Positions 9,866 through 19,355 of a stretch of DNA of 64,000 nucleotides are shown here, piece after piece (position 1 is the first letter of the stretch; every line of letters begins with the position of its first letter). Source of the stretch: Spirochaetia bacterium (GTDB taxonomy: Bacteria > Spirochaetota > Spirochaetia > SZUA-6 > Bin103). Both the position numbers and the translations under genes were made by a program. Location: positions 3,168,001 through 3,232,000 of the forward strand of contig CBDBDQ010000005.1 of the NCBI GenBank assembly GCA_965203905.1, given 5' to 3'. The notes beneath the pieces are model-generated. The model saw nothing but the letters and a program-made list of their open reading frames with translations. It ran no database searches and had not been told where the DNA came from.

Positions 9866-10710
9866 GCTGGAATTGGGAACTGGTAGCCGATCACGACTAC
9901 ATCACCGAGGGACCGGTGTGGGACGGGCGCTACCTGTTCTACTCGGAGATCGGCGCCAGCCGCACCTGGCGCTACGACCCGGACAGCGGCGAACGGGTGG
10001 TGTGGCGCGAGGACACCGGCCGCGCCAATGGCATGTTGCGGGCTCCCGGCGGCGGACTGCTGGCCTGCGAGGGCGGCGGCCGCCGCGTGGTGCGCTACGT
10101 CGCGGGCGCCCCGACCGAGGTGATCGCCGACAATGTCGCCGGCAAGCCGTTCAACGAGCCCAATGACCTGGCGCAGGAGGCATCGGGCAGGATCTGGTTC
10201 AGCGATCCCAATTATGGCGAACGCCCCATGCACCTGGACCACGAGTCGGTCTACCGGGTCGATCCCGGAGCCGCGGCGGCGCGCGTCACTTTCGACACCA
10301 ACCGTCCCAACGGAGTGCTGCTGAACGCTGCCGAAAGCGAGCTGTACGTCGCCGAGAGCCCCCACGGGATGGATCAGCCGCGCCAGCTCCGCGCCTATCC
10401 GATCGCTGCCGACGGCAGCCTGGGCGAGCGCCGCGTGCTGCACGATTTCGGCGACGGGCGCGGCGTGGACGGCATGACCCGCACCACCGAAGGGCTGATC
10501 GTCGCTACCGCCGGTCACCACAAGCGCGGGCCGGGCCCGATGATCTACCTGTTCGAAGCCTCCGGCCGGGTGCTGTCGACGCATCCGACGCCGGCCGACC
10601 AGCCCACCAACTGCACCTTCGCCGAGACCGGCCGCAGGGTGCTGTACGTGACCTTTGGCGGCGGCGAGCTCTACCGGGTGGCCAACACCGGGCTGATCGG
10701 CGACCTGTAA
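9862..10710 (+). CDS. SMP-30/gluconolactonase family protein
   Basis: TEGPVW, NEPND, RPNG and DGM motifs; ATGA overlap with the aldo/keto reductase. Confidence 0.92.
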   Translation: MSWNWELVADHDYITEGPVWDGRYLFYSEIGASRTWRYDPDSGERVVWREDTGRANGMLRAPGGGLLACEGGGRRVVRYVAGAPTEVIADNVAGKPFNEPNDLAQEASGRIWFSDPNYGERPMHLDHESVYRVDPGAAAARVTFDTNRPNGVLLNAAESELYVAESPHGMDQPRQLRAYPIAADGSLGERRVLHDFGDGRGVDGMTRTTEGLIVATAGHHKRGPGPMIYLFEASGRVLSTHPTPADQPTNCTFAETGRRVLYVTFGGGELYRVANTGLIGDL

Positions 10711-10754
10711 GGCCAGACGTGTGAGGGCAGGCGGCGCGGCCGCCGCCCAGGCGC

Positions 10755-11183
10755 TCAGGCGACGAACAGAAGATAGGCGACGAGGGCCAGCACGGCGCCG
10801 GTCACCACGCCGGCCACCACCTCGCCGACGCTGTGTCCGACCACGGCCGGATCGAACTTGCGCCGTTCCGCCGGCAGCAGGCTGACCAGCTCCCGCAACA
10901 GGCGACTGTGGCGGTCGACGGTCTGGCGCAGGCGTAACGCGTCGAACACCACGATCGTCGCCAGCACCACCGCCACGGTGAACGCACCCGATCCCCAGCC
11001 CTCGATCAGGCCCACCGACAGGGTCAACGCGGTCACAAAGGCGGAATGGGCACTTGGCATGCCGCCGGTGGAGACAAAGCGCGCCGCCTCCAGCCTGCGG
11101 TTGCGGATCGAGTAGTAGACCACCTTGAACGCCTGGCAGGCGAGCTGGATGGCGACCGTGATGACTAACGCAGGACTGATCAT
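10755..11183 (-). CDS. Divergent PAP2 family membrane protein (DUF212)
   Basis: GGMPSAHSA, VFDA..LR, GHS..EV. Confidence 0.9.
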   Translation of the reverse strand: MISPALVITVAIQLACQAFKVVYYSIRNRRLEAARFVSTGGMPSAHSAFVTALTLSVGLIEGWGSGAFTVAVVLATIVVFDALRLRQTVDRHSRLLRELVSLLPAERRKFDPAVVGHSVGEVVAGVVTGAVLALVAYLLFVA

Positions 11184-11210
11184 GCGACGCCCTTCGGCGT
11201 CATTTCGGGC

Positions 11211-12500
11211 TCAGCCGAGCCCAGCGCGCAGCGCCGCCAAGTGGCGTGCGAAGTGGTCCGCCAACACCTCGCAGTAGGTGTCGGGATGGGCCTCCAGCAG
11301 CGCCACGATCGCGGGGCCGAGCTGCGCGTCGCGCAGCGTCGAACCGAAGGTGCAGTGCAGGATCTGGCGTCCCGGCTGGGTGAACCCCCTGCCCTGCGGC
11401 ACCCGCTCCCACAGCTCCAGGTACGTGTGCTCCAGCTCCACCGGGTCGCCGATCTCGGTGGCCGGCGCGACTCCCGCGACCGTCGCCGAGACGTGGTAGG
11501 TGGCCTTGTCGATGTCGTAGCGGCCGCGGGCGAAGTCGATGATACGCCGGAACAGCGCCTGGTCGTGGCGCGCCACTACCCGCAGCGCCTCCAGGTAGCT
11601 GGTGCCGGCGGTCTTGACGTGGAAACGGCCGCCGCTGGCGCGGGCAAACGCGGGATACATCGCCAGCTTGTCGGAGCCGGAGTGCAGCGACAGCTTGTAG
11701 GGGCCGAGCGCCTCGGCGATGGCCGCGTGCTGTCGGAGCGACTGCTCCAGGGCCGCTACGTCCCCCTTGTAGTCCACCCCTTTTTCGAAATCCCCGATGT
11801 AGCGCGGTGCCAGGGACACCAGCTTCATCCCGCTCTGCAGGCACAGGTCCGCAACGATGTAGTGTTCGGCGAGGGTGGTGGGCTGCTCGGTCTCGTCGAC
11901 GCTGAGCTCGATCTCGTAGTCGCTCCCGGCCGCTTCGTTGACGGCGCGGATATGCTCTCCCAGCAGCAGCGCGTGGCGAATGGCGCGGCCGTACTTCACC
12001 GCGCAGCGCATGCACGCCGTCTCGTCGAGATCCACCGTGACCCCGCCGCAGGAGATGCTGCGGCCGCGGTAACGGTCGAACCACTCGATCTCGTCGCGTA
12101 GCGCCGCGAACTTGGCTTGCAGGGTGGCGGCGTCGTAGCCGTCCGCGTGCTCGTCGACGTGGTCGGACGGATCGATGGTGTAGAAGGTGTAGCCTGCGGC
12201 ATGGGTGGCGTCGACGTCGTCCACGGTCTTGAGGTGGTCGGCGTCGGCGCCGGTGTGGCCGTCCCAGTTGCTCGCCACCATGCCGCCGAGCGCATCGTTC
12301 ATCACCTGCTCCGGCGAGCGGTCGGTTCGGACCATCTCGCGGATCGATTGCTGGGCGAATATCGGTTCGATGCCGCCGCCGGCGCGCTGCATCGCCGCTA
12401 CGTGTCCGGGGGTGGCGAGCCCGATGCGGTCGCCGAAGCCGAAGCTGGGAGCCATGCCGAGGGTGACGGCGCGCACCCGTGGTGCTGCCTGGGTAGCCAT
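11211..12500 (-). CDS. uxaE: Tagaturonate/fructuronate epimerase
   Basis: SFGFGDRIGLATPGH, AQQSIRE, GADADHLK, FEKGVDY, SLHSGSDK, HVKTAGTSYLEALR. Confidence 0.93.
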   Translation of the reverse strand: MATQAAPRVRAVTLGMAPSFGFGDRIGLATPGHVAAMQRAGGGIEPIFAQQSIREMVRTDRSPEQVMNDALGGMVASNWDGHTGADADHLKTVDDVDATHAAGYTFYTIDPSDHVDEHADGYDAATLQAKFAALRDEIEWFDRYRGRSISCGGVTVDLDETACMRCAVKYGRAIRHALLLGEHIRAVNEAAGSDYEIELSVDETEQPTTLAEHYIVADLCLQSGMKLVSLAPRYIGDFEKGVDYKGDVAALEQSLRQHAAIAEALGPYKLSLHSGSDKLAMYPAFARASGGRFHVKTAGTSYLEALRVVARHDQALFRRIIDFARGRYDIDKATYHVSATVAGVAPATEIGDPVELEHTYLELWERVPQGRGFTQPGRQILHCTFGSTLRDAQLGPAIVALLEAHPDTYCEVLADHFARHLAALRAGLG

Positions 12501-12511
12501 ATTGAGCTGCG

Positions 12512-12540
12512 ATTATGTGGTATCCCCGACCCGCGCGCAA
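12512..12540 (-). promoter_or_regulatory. Sigma-70-like promoter of uxaE (very short leader)
   Basis: TTGCGC-17nt-CATAAT, 11 nt before the ATG, with no Shine-Dalgarno sequence. Confidence 0.6.
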
Positions 12541-12576
12541 GCCGACCGGCCCGGTGCGCCCGGTGCCGGGCGCGGC

Positions 12577-13377
12577 TCAGAACTGGCAGTCATGGTGGTG
12601 GCGATGCAGCCAGGCCTGGTGGCGGCGGTAGTCGGGCGCCGCGGCGGCCACCACTTCCCAAAACCGCGGCGAGTGGTCGAACACCACCAGGTGGGCCAGC
12701 TCGTGGATCAGCACGTAGTCGAACACCGGCTGCGGCGTCAGCAGGAGACGCGTGGAGACGGTGATGTTGCCGCTCGCGTTGCAACTCCCCCAGCGGCTGC
12801 GCGCGAAGCGGTAGCGCACCGTGCCCAGCCGCTGCCGGAAGTACTGCCGGTTGAGCTCCTCGACCCGGCGTCGCAGCTCCGGCTGCTTGGCCAGGGCCAG
12901 GCCGCGGCTTACCAGCCGGGGCAAGGCGTGGCGCTGCGCGGCGGCAGTCTGGCGGTCGGAGAGGACGATGCGGATCAGCCGGGCGCCGTCCGGATCCGGG
13001 CCATCCAGACGCACGCCGTTGGTAGCGCGGGGGGCGTGTCCGATCTGCAACCGGAAGCGGTCGCCGCCGATGGCCAGCAGCTGGCCGTCCCGGTAGCTGC
13101 GCGGCGGCCGGATCCGATAGCGCTCCGGATCGCGACGGATGGTGCGCTGCGCCCAGCGCAGGAGTGTCGCCACGTGCTCTTCGCAGGCGGCCGCACTGTC
13201 GCCGGCGGGCACCCGGATCAGGACCCCGCGGGCGCCGATGGTGGCCCGCGCATTGGGTCGCGGTTCGTGGCTGACGGTAACCGGGATGGTCACCTCGCCC
13301 ACCTGCAGCTCGAAACGGGTATCGGCAGGCGGCTGCAGGCGTACCGCCGGTACCGGGAACTCGGTAGCCTCCCTCAA
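12577..13377 (-). CDS. DUF45/YgjP-like SprT-family metallopeptidase
   Basis: RSRWGSC, YVLIHELAHL (HExxH), HSPRFW. Start uncertain (TTG overlapping the fabF stop). Confidence 0.88.
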   Translation of the reverse strand: MREATEFPVPAVRLQPPADTRFELQVGEVTIPVTVSHEPRPNARATIGARGVLIRVPAGDSAAACEEHVATLLRWAQRTIRRDPERYRIRPPRSYRDGQLLAIGGDRFRLQIGHAPRATNGVRLDGPDPDGARLIRIVLSDRQTAAAQRHALPRLVSRGLALAKQPELRRRVEELNRQYFRQRLGTVRYRFARSRWGSCNASGNITVSTRLLLTPQPVFDYVLIHELAHLVVFDHSPRFWEVVAAAAPDYRRHQAWLHRHHHDCQF

Positions 13378-14633
13378 CCGGCGTGCTTGAAGGCCACCAC
13401 TCCGTTGTGGCCGCCGAAGCCGAAGCTGTTGGAGAGGGCCGCACGCATCGGTGCCGCCACCCCGCGCTGCGCGACGTAGTCGAGATCGCACGCCGGGTCG
13501 GGCTCTTCCAGGTTGGCCGTGGGCGGGTAGAACTGCTCGTGCAGCGCCTTTACCGTTACCACCGCCTCTACTCCGCCGGACCCGCCGAGCAGATGGCCCA
13601 CCATCGACTTGGTCGATGACACCTTGAGCCGGTACGCGTGCTCGCCGAACACGCCCTTGATGGCGGCGGTCTCGACCGGGTCGTTGAGCGGGGTGGAGGT
13701 GCCGTGGGCGTTGACGTAGTCCACCTCGTCAGGCTGCAGTCCCGCGCTGCGCATCGCCTGGCGCATGGCCGACTGGGCGCACAGCCCCTCCGGATGGGGG
13801 GCGGTGAGGTGGTGGGCGTCGCAGGTGGCGCCGTAGCCGGCCAGCTCGGCGTACACCGGGGCGCCGCGGGCAGCGGCGTGGTCGGCCGACTCGAGCAGCA
13901 GGATGCCGGCGCCCTCGCCGAGCACGAAGCCGCTGCGCGCCTTGTCGAACGGGCGGCTGGCGCGCTGCGGCGCGTCGTTGAAGCTGGTGGTGAGGGCCTG
14001 CAGGTTGCCGAAGCCGGCGAAGGTGATTGGCCACAGCGGCGCTTCCGCGCCGCCGGTTATCATCACGTCGCACAGTCCCGCGCGGATGCAGCGCAGGGCG
14101 CGCCCGATGGCGTCGGTGGCCGAGGTGCAGGCCGAGGCGATCACCAGTCCGGGGCCGGTGATGCCGAACTTGATGGCGAGCTGACCCACCGGGCTGTTGG
14201 CCATCAACTTGGGCACGAACAGCGGCTCTACGCCGTCCGGGCCGCGTGCGGCCAGCTTCTCGCAGGCGCGCTGAAAGGAATGGACGCCGCCGAAGCCGAC
14301 CCCCAGCATGATGCCGGTGCGCTCCGGCTGCAGCGCTCCCGGCTGCTCCAGCCCGGCGTCGCGCAACGCCTGGATGGCGGAGACCATGGCGTACACGGTG
14401 AACGGATCCATGCGCCGCGCCTCCTTGCGTTCCAGGTAGTCGCCCACGTTCAGGTCGTGCACCTCGCTGGCGACCTTGGCCGCCAGCAGCTCGGGATCGA
14501 ACTTGGTGAGGGGACCGATACCGATGGTGCCGGAGCGTGCGCCGTGCCAGGTATCCGCGGCCGTGTTGCCCAGGGAGCTCACCGCCCCCAGCCCGGTCAC
14601 TACGACCCGCGTGTCATTGTCCAGTCCGGACAT
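13374..14633 (-). CDS. fabF: 3-oxoacyl-ACP synthase II
   Basis: RVVVTGLG, SACTSA catalytic Cys, NAHGTST, KSMVGHLLG, SNSFGFGGHN. Confidence 0.95.
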   Translation of the reverse strand: MSGLDNDTRVVVTGLGAVSSLGNTAADTWHGARSGTIGIGPLTKFDPELLAAKVASEVHDLNVGDYLERKEARRMDPFTVYAMVSAIQALRDAGLEQPGALQPERTGIMLGVGFGGVHSFQRACEKLAARGPDGVEPLFVPKLMANSPVGQLAIKFGITGPGLVIASACTSATDAIGRALRCIRAGLCDVMITGGAEAPLWPITFAGFGNLQALTTSFNDAPQRASRPFDKARSGFVLGEGAGILLLESADHAAARGAPVYAELAGYGATCDAHHLTAPHPEGLCAQSAMRQAMRSAGLQPDEVDYVNAHGTSTPLNDPVETAAIKGVFGEHAYRLKVSSTKSMVGHLLGGSGGVEAVVTVKALHEQFYPPTANLEEPDPACDLDYVAQRGVAAPMRAALSNSFGFGGHNGVVAFKHAG

Positions 14634-14705
14634 GCCGCCAACAGGGTGGGGGGCAGCGGGCGCCGCCGTCAACCCACGACGCGGCGCGGCGCACAGACGC
14701 GCCGT

Positions 14706-15914
14706 TCAGTCGCCCTGCGCGCCGAAGTCGGCATGTGGCTCCAGGTGCACGGTACCGGGGCCGGCGTCGTGGATCTGGCCGATCTCGGCCGTTACGTCGG
14801 CCACGGCCTCCTCGCCCAGGGCCACCTCCAGCATCACCTGGGCTTCGTAGCTTGTTCCCGGTTGCAGGCTGATCACGCGTCCGGCGGCCCGTTCGATGGC
14901 GCGGGTGTTGGGGTAGTTGGTGGCGGGCTCGATGCCGACCACGTAACCCTGTTCGGTGGCGGCGGTGTTCTTCCACAGGGTCAGGCAGGGCAGTTGGCGG
15001 CGGTCGAAGCGAACCACCGCGGCGCGGCTGGCATCCGCCGCGACCAGCGCGGCGAGGGAGGCGCCGTCCCCGGGCCGTGCCGCCGGCCGGAAGAAGTACA
15101 CCTGCTCCACGTAGCCGGCGGTCGGACCGAGACACGCCGCGGTACGGGCCGCGACGGTCGCGGCGTCGGTGCCGAGCCCCTCCCGCGCGCGGGCGTCACG
15201 CGGGGCCATGGCGACGAACGGCACCGCCACCCGGCTGCCCGCCTCCAGGAACGGCGGGCCGAAGTTGCAGTGATAGAGCAGCTCCAGCTCGGCGGGGGTG
15301 GCCTGCAGGTTGCGCACGCGGTCGGCCACCGTGATGCGGGACGATCCCGGCGTCACCGAGATGGTGGTCTGCAACTCCAGCAGCGGGTGGAACAGCGCCG
15401 TCTCGGCCACGTGCCCGGTGATCTGCAGCACTTCCTGCGCGGGGTCGGCGCTGATCGCCACGTAGTGCGCCGGCTGGTTGGCGATCCTGCCGTGCAGGTC
15501 GAGTTGCACGGTGATCGGGTTGCCGTTGTTGTCCAGCACGGTATCGGGGCCGGGAGCGCCGTTGGAGTCCAGGCCGCAGCGCACCACCCACTCGTCGAAC
15601 CCTCGCAGCCAGCCCAGGCCGCCACGTTCTCCGGACACCACGTAGGACGGGTGCACGGGGCCCCGTACCGGTGACTGCCAGCCCAGGTCCAGGCCCCGGT
15701 AGCGGCCGCGCCACAGGCCCATCCCGCGGGTCGGCAACACCGTGAAGCTGAGCTCGCCGCAGGTCACCTGCAGCAGGTCCACCCCTTCGCTGAGGCCGCC
15801 GCGCAAACGTCGCTTGGTCACCCGGCAGTCGGCGAGGCCAAGCTCGGCTGGCCCCAGGTCCAGCGTCTCCACCCACAACCCCGTGGCGTGGTCGGTCACT
15901 AGCCACTGTCGCAT
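14706..15914 (-). CDS. DUF4432 / aldose 1-epimerase-like protein
   Basis: GGLSEGVD, LPTRGMG, LHGRIAN, LYHCNFG, GIEPAT. Confidence 0.88.
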   Translation of the reverse strand: MRQWLVTDHATGLWVETLDLGPAELGLADCRVTKRRLRGGLSEGVDLLQVTCGELSFTVLPTRGMGLWRGRYRGLDLGWQSPVRGPVHPSYVVSGERGGLGWLRGFDEWVVRCGLDSNGAPGPDTVLDNNGNPITVQLDLHGRIANQPAHYVAISADPAQEVLQITGHVAETALFHPLLELQTTISVTPGSSRITVADRVRNLQATPAELELLYHCNFGPPFLEAGSRVAVPFVAMAPRDARAREGLGTDAATVAARTAACLGPTAGYVEQVYFFRPAARPGDGASLAALVAADASRAAVVRFDRRQLPCLTLWKNTAATEQGYVVGIEPATNYPNTRAIERAAGRVISLQPGTSYEAQVMLEVALGEEAVADVTAEIGQIHDAGPGTVHLEPHADFGAQGD

Positions 15915-16080
15915 AGTCGGGGCGACTGTAGAGGAGTCCTCGCCGGGCAGGCAATGCCCACCCGTCGCGTCGAACGAATGCCCCGGCGCGGCAGAGACAC
16001 CGTGGACGACAGCCACCGGCGGGCCGCGGGGCTCGCGCCGTGGCGACAACCCGGCGCTACGCAGGCTTCCGTCGCAGGCC

Positions 16081-16092
16081 GTAATCGATTAA
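16081..16092. promoter_or_regulatory. Probable LacI-family operator
   Basis: GTAATCGATTAA, a near-perfect palindrome with central CG, between divergent sugar genes. Confidence 0.5.
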
Positions 16093-16117
16093 GTTCCCGC
16101 CAGGAAAGGAGGCACTG

Positions 16118-17119
16118 GTGGCACTTCGAGTGGGCATCCTCGGCTGCGGGAAAATGTCGCGCAACCACGCCAGGAAGATCCTGGCGCATCCCGACGCCAA
16201 GCTGGCGGCACTGTGCGACGTCGACACGGCGCTCATCGAGAGATGGGTAGCCGAGAATCTGCAGGAGGAACTGGCGGGCGCGCCGCCGCCTCCCGCGTAC
16301 GACGACGCGGCGGCCATGTACGGCGCGGCGGGACTGGACGCGGTGGTGATCTCCACCCCGCACACCGCGCACTTCGCGCACGGCAGGCAGGCGCTGGCGG
16401 CCGGCTGCCACGTGTTCATGGAGAAGCCGATGGTGACCGCCACCGATCAGGCCCGCGAGCTGGAGCGGCTGGTCGCGGAGTCGGGCCGCATCCTGGTGGT
16501 GGGCTACAACACGCCGAGCACGCCGACGTTCCGCTACCTGCGCGAGGTGGTGCGCAGCGGCCGCCTCGGCAAGCTGGAACTGGTGAACGGCTTCCTGTCG
16601 CAGAACTGGCGCAAGACCACCACCGGCACCTGGCGCCAGGACCCGGCGCTGTCCGGCGGCGGCCAGGCCTACGACAGCGGCGCACACCTGCTCAACAGCG
16701 TGGTGTGGACGGTGGAGTCGTCGCCGCGGCAGGTGTTCTCGTTCATGGACTACCTGGGCACGCCGGTGGACATCAACAGCGTCATGGCGGTGCGCTTCGC
16801 CAACGGGGTGCTGGCCAGCATCACGGTGAGCGGCAACTGTGCCGCGGCCGGCGCGGGGCTGACCTATATTTTTACCGGAGGACGCATCGACATCGACGGC
16901 TGGACCGGGTCGTGGATCCGCGTCTTCGATGGCGCCGACGAGATCGAGCCCGAGCTGCCCGGCGGTGCCGGCTCGCCCATCGGCAACTTCGTCGACGCCG
17001 TGCTGGGGCGCGCGGAGCCGGCGACCAGCGCTCGCAACGGCGTGGTGTACAGCGAGTTGATGGACGCCGTGTACGCCTCGCACCACAGCGGCCAGCCGGA
17101 GGCACCGCCCGGCAGTTGA
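16118..17119 (+). CDS. Gfo/Idh/MocA family oxidoreductase
   Basis: GILGCGKM, HVFMEKPM, WR.DPALSGGG; AAAGGAGG RBS. Confidence 0.92.
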   Translation: MALRVGILGCGKMSRNHARKILAHPDAKLAALCDVDTALIERWVAENLQEELAGAPPPPAYDDAAAMYGAAGLDAVVISTPHTAHFAHGRQALAAGCHVFMEKPMVTATDQARELERLVAESGRILVVGYNTPSTPTFRYLREVVRSGRLGKLELVNGFLSQNWRKTTTGTWRQDPALSGGGQAYDSGAHLLNSVVWTVESSPRQVFSFMDYLGTPVDINSVMAVRFANGVLASITVSGNCAAAGAGLTYIFTGGRIDIDGWTGSWIRVFDGADEIEPELPGGAGSPIGNFVDAVLGRAEPATSARNGVVYSELMDAVYASHHSGQPEAPPGS

Positions 17120-17216
17120 TCGTGCGAACAACCACGCCGTACCGCCCGTACTGCCATTTGAAGGTAGACGCTCCCGCGGCGAAAGCACTACCGTACGAAG
17201 CCCCGTTGTAGGTTAC

Positions 17217-18059
17217 GTGATGCCATTTTCCGTAGAAGACATCCGCGACCTGGTACGTGTTCTGGAGGACAAGCCGGAGTGGCGGGCCGAGATCCGGCGC
17301 CTGATACTCGATGGCGAGCTGTCCGCCGTGCACGATCGGATCGCCGAGTCGAGAGCCGCCACCGAGCAGCATCTGCTGAGGGTCGAACGCCAGATAGCAG
17401 ACTCGCACGCTGCTACGGCGCGGCGGATCGACAAGATCGATCAACGTATCAGCGAAAACGATCAGCGAATCAGCGAGAACGATCGGCGTATCAGCCGGAT
17501 CGATCAACGTATCAGCCAGATCGATCAGCGCATCGACGCGATCCACCAGGAGATCGCAGAGCTGCGCGCCGCCAATGAGCGCCACACCCACGCCATCAAG
17601 GGGCTCACCGTCGACGTTGCGGACCTCAAGGGCTACGGTCTGGAGGAGCGCTACCGGCGGATGGCATCCGCCTATTTCGGCAGCTTCATGCGCCGTACTC
17701 GCGTAATGAAGCGTAATGACCACAGCCGACTGGTAGACGATGCGGAATCCGCTGGAGTGTTGTCAGACCAGGAAGCCGCGGAGTTGCTGTGGCTCGATCT
17801 GATAGTGCGCGGGCGGCGCAAGAGCAGCGACGAAGAGGTGCATCTGGCGGTGGAGGTGTCCTGGACCATCGGCGAGAGCGACGTGGAGCGGGCCGCCCGC
17901 CGCGCGGAACTGTTGCAAAGAATCAAGTCCCCGGCGCTGGCGGTGGCGGCCGGAAAGTTCCTGTCCGAGGAAGTAGCCGCCAGAGCGCGCGACGAGAACG
18001 TGTGGGTGTTCGTGGAAGGCACACCATACCCGCCCGACCGGCACGACATCGGTCCATAG
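17217..18059 (+). CDS. Coiled-coil protein with a C-terminal PD-(D/E)XK-like domain
   Basis: Heptad repeats, LKGYGLE linker, DLIVRG...LAVEVS...DVERA. Confidence 0.75.
   Translation: MMPFSVEDIRDLVRVLEDKPEWRAEIRRLILDGELSAVHDRIAESRAATEQHLLRVERQIADSHAATARRIDKIDQRISENDQRISENDRRISRIDQRISQIDQRIDAIHQEIAELRAANERHTHAIKGLTVDVADLKGYGLEERYRRMASAYFGSFMRRTRVMKRNDHSRLVDDAESAGVLSDQEAAELLWLDLIVRGRRKSSDEEVHLAVEVSWTIGESDVERAARRAELLQRIKSPALAVAAGKFLSEEVAARARDENVWVFVEGTPYPPDRHDIGP
17439..17543 (+). repeat. Five tandem 21-bp units inside the coiled-coil gene
   Basis: Units encode DQRISEN DQRISEN DRRISRI DQRISQI DQRIDAI. Confidence 0.8.
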
Positions 18060-18063
18060 GTAG

Positions 18064-18807
18064 TCAGTCCGGGAGGGGTGCGATCTTGCCGTGGAGGAAC
18101 TTGAGCCGCAGTTCAGGGGCAAACTTCTCGATGGCGTAGCGCAGCATGGTGCGCGGCATTGCGCGGTAGGTGCGGCGCAGGAATGCCACCTCGGTGTCGA
18201 GGTCGCGCTTGCCCACCTCGCGCAGCATCCAGCCCACCGCCTTGTGGATCAGGTCGTGCTCGTGGTGCAGCAGGATCTCGGCCAGCGCCAGGGTGTCGGC
18301 GAACTGCTGCGCCTTGATCAGCGGCAGGGTGGCCAGCATGGCGATGCGCTGGCGCCACAGGTGGCCGCTGCGCGCGAACTGGTACAGTAGCGTGCGCTCC
18401 TCGGCAGGTTGCTCCAGGAGCCACGCCCCCAGGATCTTCGGAGCCGACAGGTCCACCAGGTCCCAGTTGTTCACCGCCTGCAGGTTGTCCAGGTAGAGGC
18501 GCACGATGGCGGCGCGCCGGGCGCGGTCAGCCTTGGTGAACTGGATGCTCAGGATCAGCAGCGCGGTGAGGCGCGCTTCGTGGAACGGGCTTGCCAGGAG
18601 CTCGACCACCGCGGACTGCTCCAGGTCGCGGAAGCTGCGCGCCACGCGCCGTTGCGGCGGCACCGTCACGCCGAGGAAGCGGTCGCCCGCGCCGTACTCA
18701 CCCGGGCCGGTGCGGAAGAAACGCGGCAGGAACTCCGCTTTCTCCGGGTTGGCGTAGGCCCGCAGCGCCGCCAGCACCCGCTCGGCACCGGCGCTCCGAT
18801 CAACCAC
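18064..18807 (-). CDS. DNA alkylation repair protein (AlkD-like)
   Basis: FFRTGPGEYG, NNWDLVD, HKAVGWMLRE, MPRTMLRYAIE. Confidence 0.92.
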   Translation of the reverse strand: MVDRSAGAERVLAALRAYANPEKAEFLPRFFRTGPGEYGAGDRFLGVTVPPQRRVARSFRDLEQSAVVELLASPFHEARLTALLILSIQFTKADRARRAAIVRLYLDNLQAVNNWDLVDLSAPKILGAWLLEQPAEERTLLYQFARSGHLWRQRIAMLATLPLIKAQQFADTLALAEILLHHEHDLIHKAVGWMLREVGKRDLDTEVAFLRRTYRAMPRTMLRYAIEKFAPELRLKFLHGKIAPLPD

Positions 18808-19342
18808 CCGATTCCTCGGGATCCGCGAGCCGGCGCAGCCACAGCCGGATCAGACTCACCAGCAGCACCGCCACCGCGGCGGCAGCCGCCGCCGCCAGCA
18901 GGAACACCATGGTGTCGTCCGCGTGCTGCAGCCGCGGCGCCAGGTTCACCGCCAGCAGGACCGCCAGGTAGGCGCCGGCGGCGCCAAGCCCGCAACTCCG
19001 TACCAGGTGGCGCCAACGGGTGGCGTACTCGGGGAAGGTAACGGCGCGGCCGAACAACGCGACCCAGTCGTAGCCCAACTCCAGCAGCAGGAACGTGGCG
19101 CTGCCGACGGCCAGCGCGCTCCAGAAGTCAGGACCGCGCCCGGAGGTCAGCAGGGCGGTCCAGTACGCGGGCAGCAGCAGCGCCGCGCCCACGGCCAGCA
19201 ACCGGTAGCGGCGCAGCGCGGCGCCGGCGAAGGCCAGGGCCAGCGCCGCGGTGACCAGCACCGCCAGCCCGCCCGAGGTATCGATACTCAGTATGTACGC
19301 CGCCAGCAGCAGCGGCAGGATCAGCACCAGCGCGCGGATCAC
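18800..19342 (-). CDS. Hypothetical membrane protein
   Basis: Several hydrophobic helices; within the DUF58 operon. Confidence 0.75.
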   Translation of the reverse strand: MIRALVLILPLLLAAYILSIDTSGGLAVLVTAALALAFAGAALRRYRLLAVGAALLLPAYWTALLTSGRGPDFWSALAVGSATFLLLELGYDWVALFGRAVTFPEYATRWRHLVRSCGLGAAGAYLAVLLAVNLAPRLQHADDTMVFLLAAAAAAAVAVLLVSLIRLWLRRLADPEESGG

Positions 19343-19355
19343 CGGCGGGCCCTCG

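Noticed and set aside
13374-14633. Polyketide or secondary-metabolite cluster around the ketosynthase
   Set aside because: A single FabF-type enzyme with no ACP, chain-length factor or tailoring genes nearby.
13638-15674. Long antisense or alternate-frame ORFs (e.g. 678 aa here, also 35715-37943, 54483-56492, 56227-58560)
   Set aside because: Shadow ORFs of high-GC coding sequence. They overlap genes with clear family motifs and show none of their own.
17439-17543. Possible CRISPR array
   Set aside because: Units are contiguous 21-mers with no spacers, in frame inside a CDS, and no cas genes are present.
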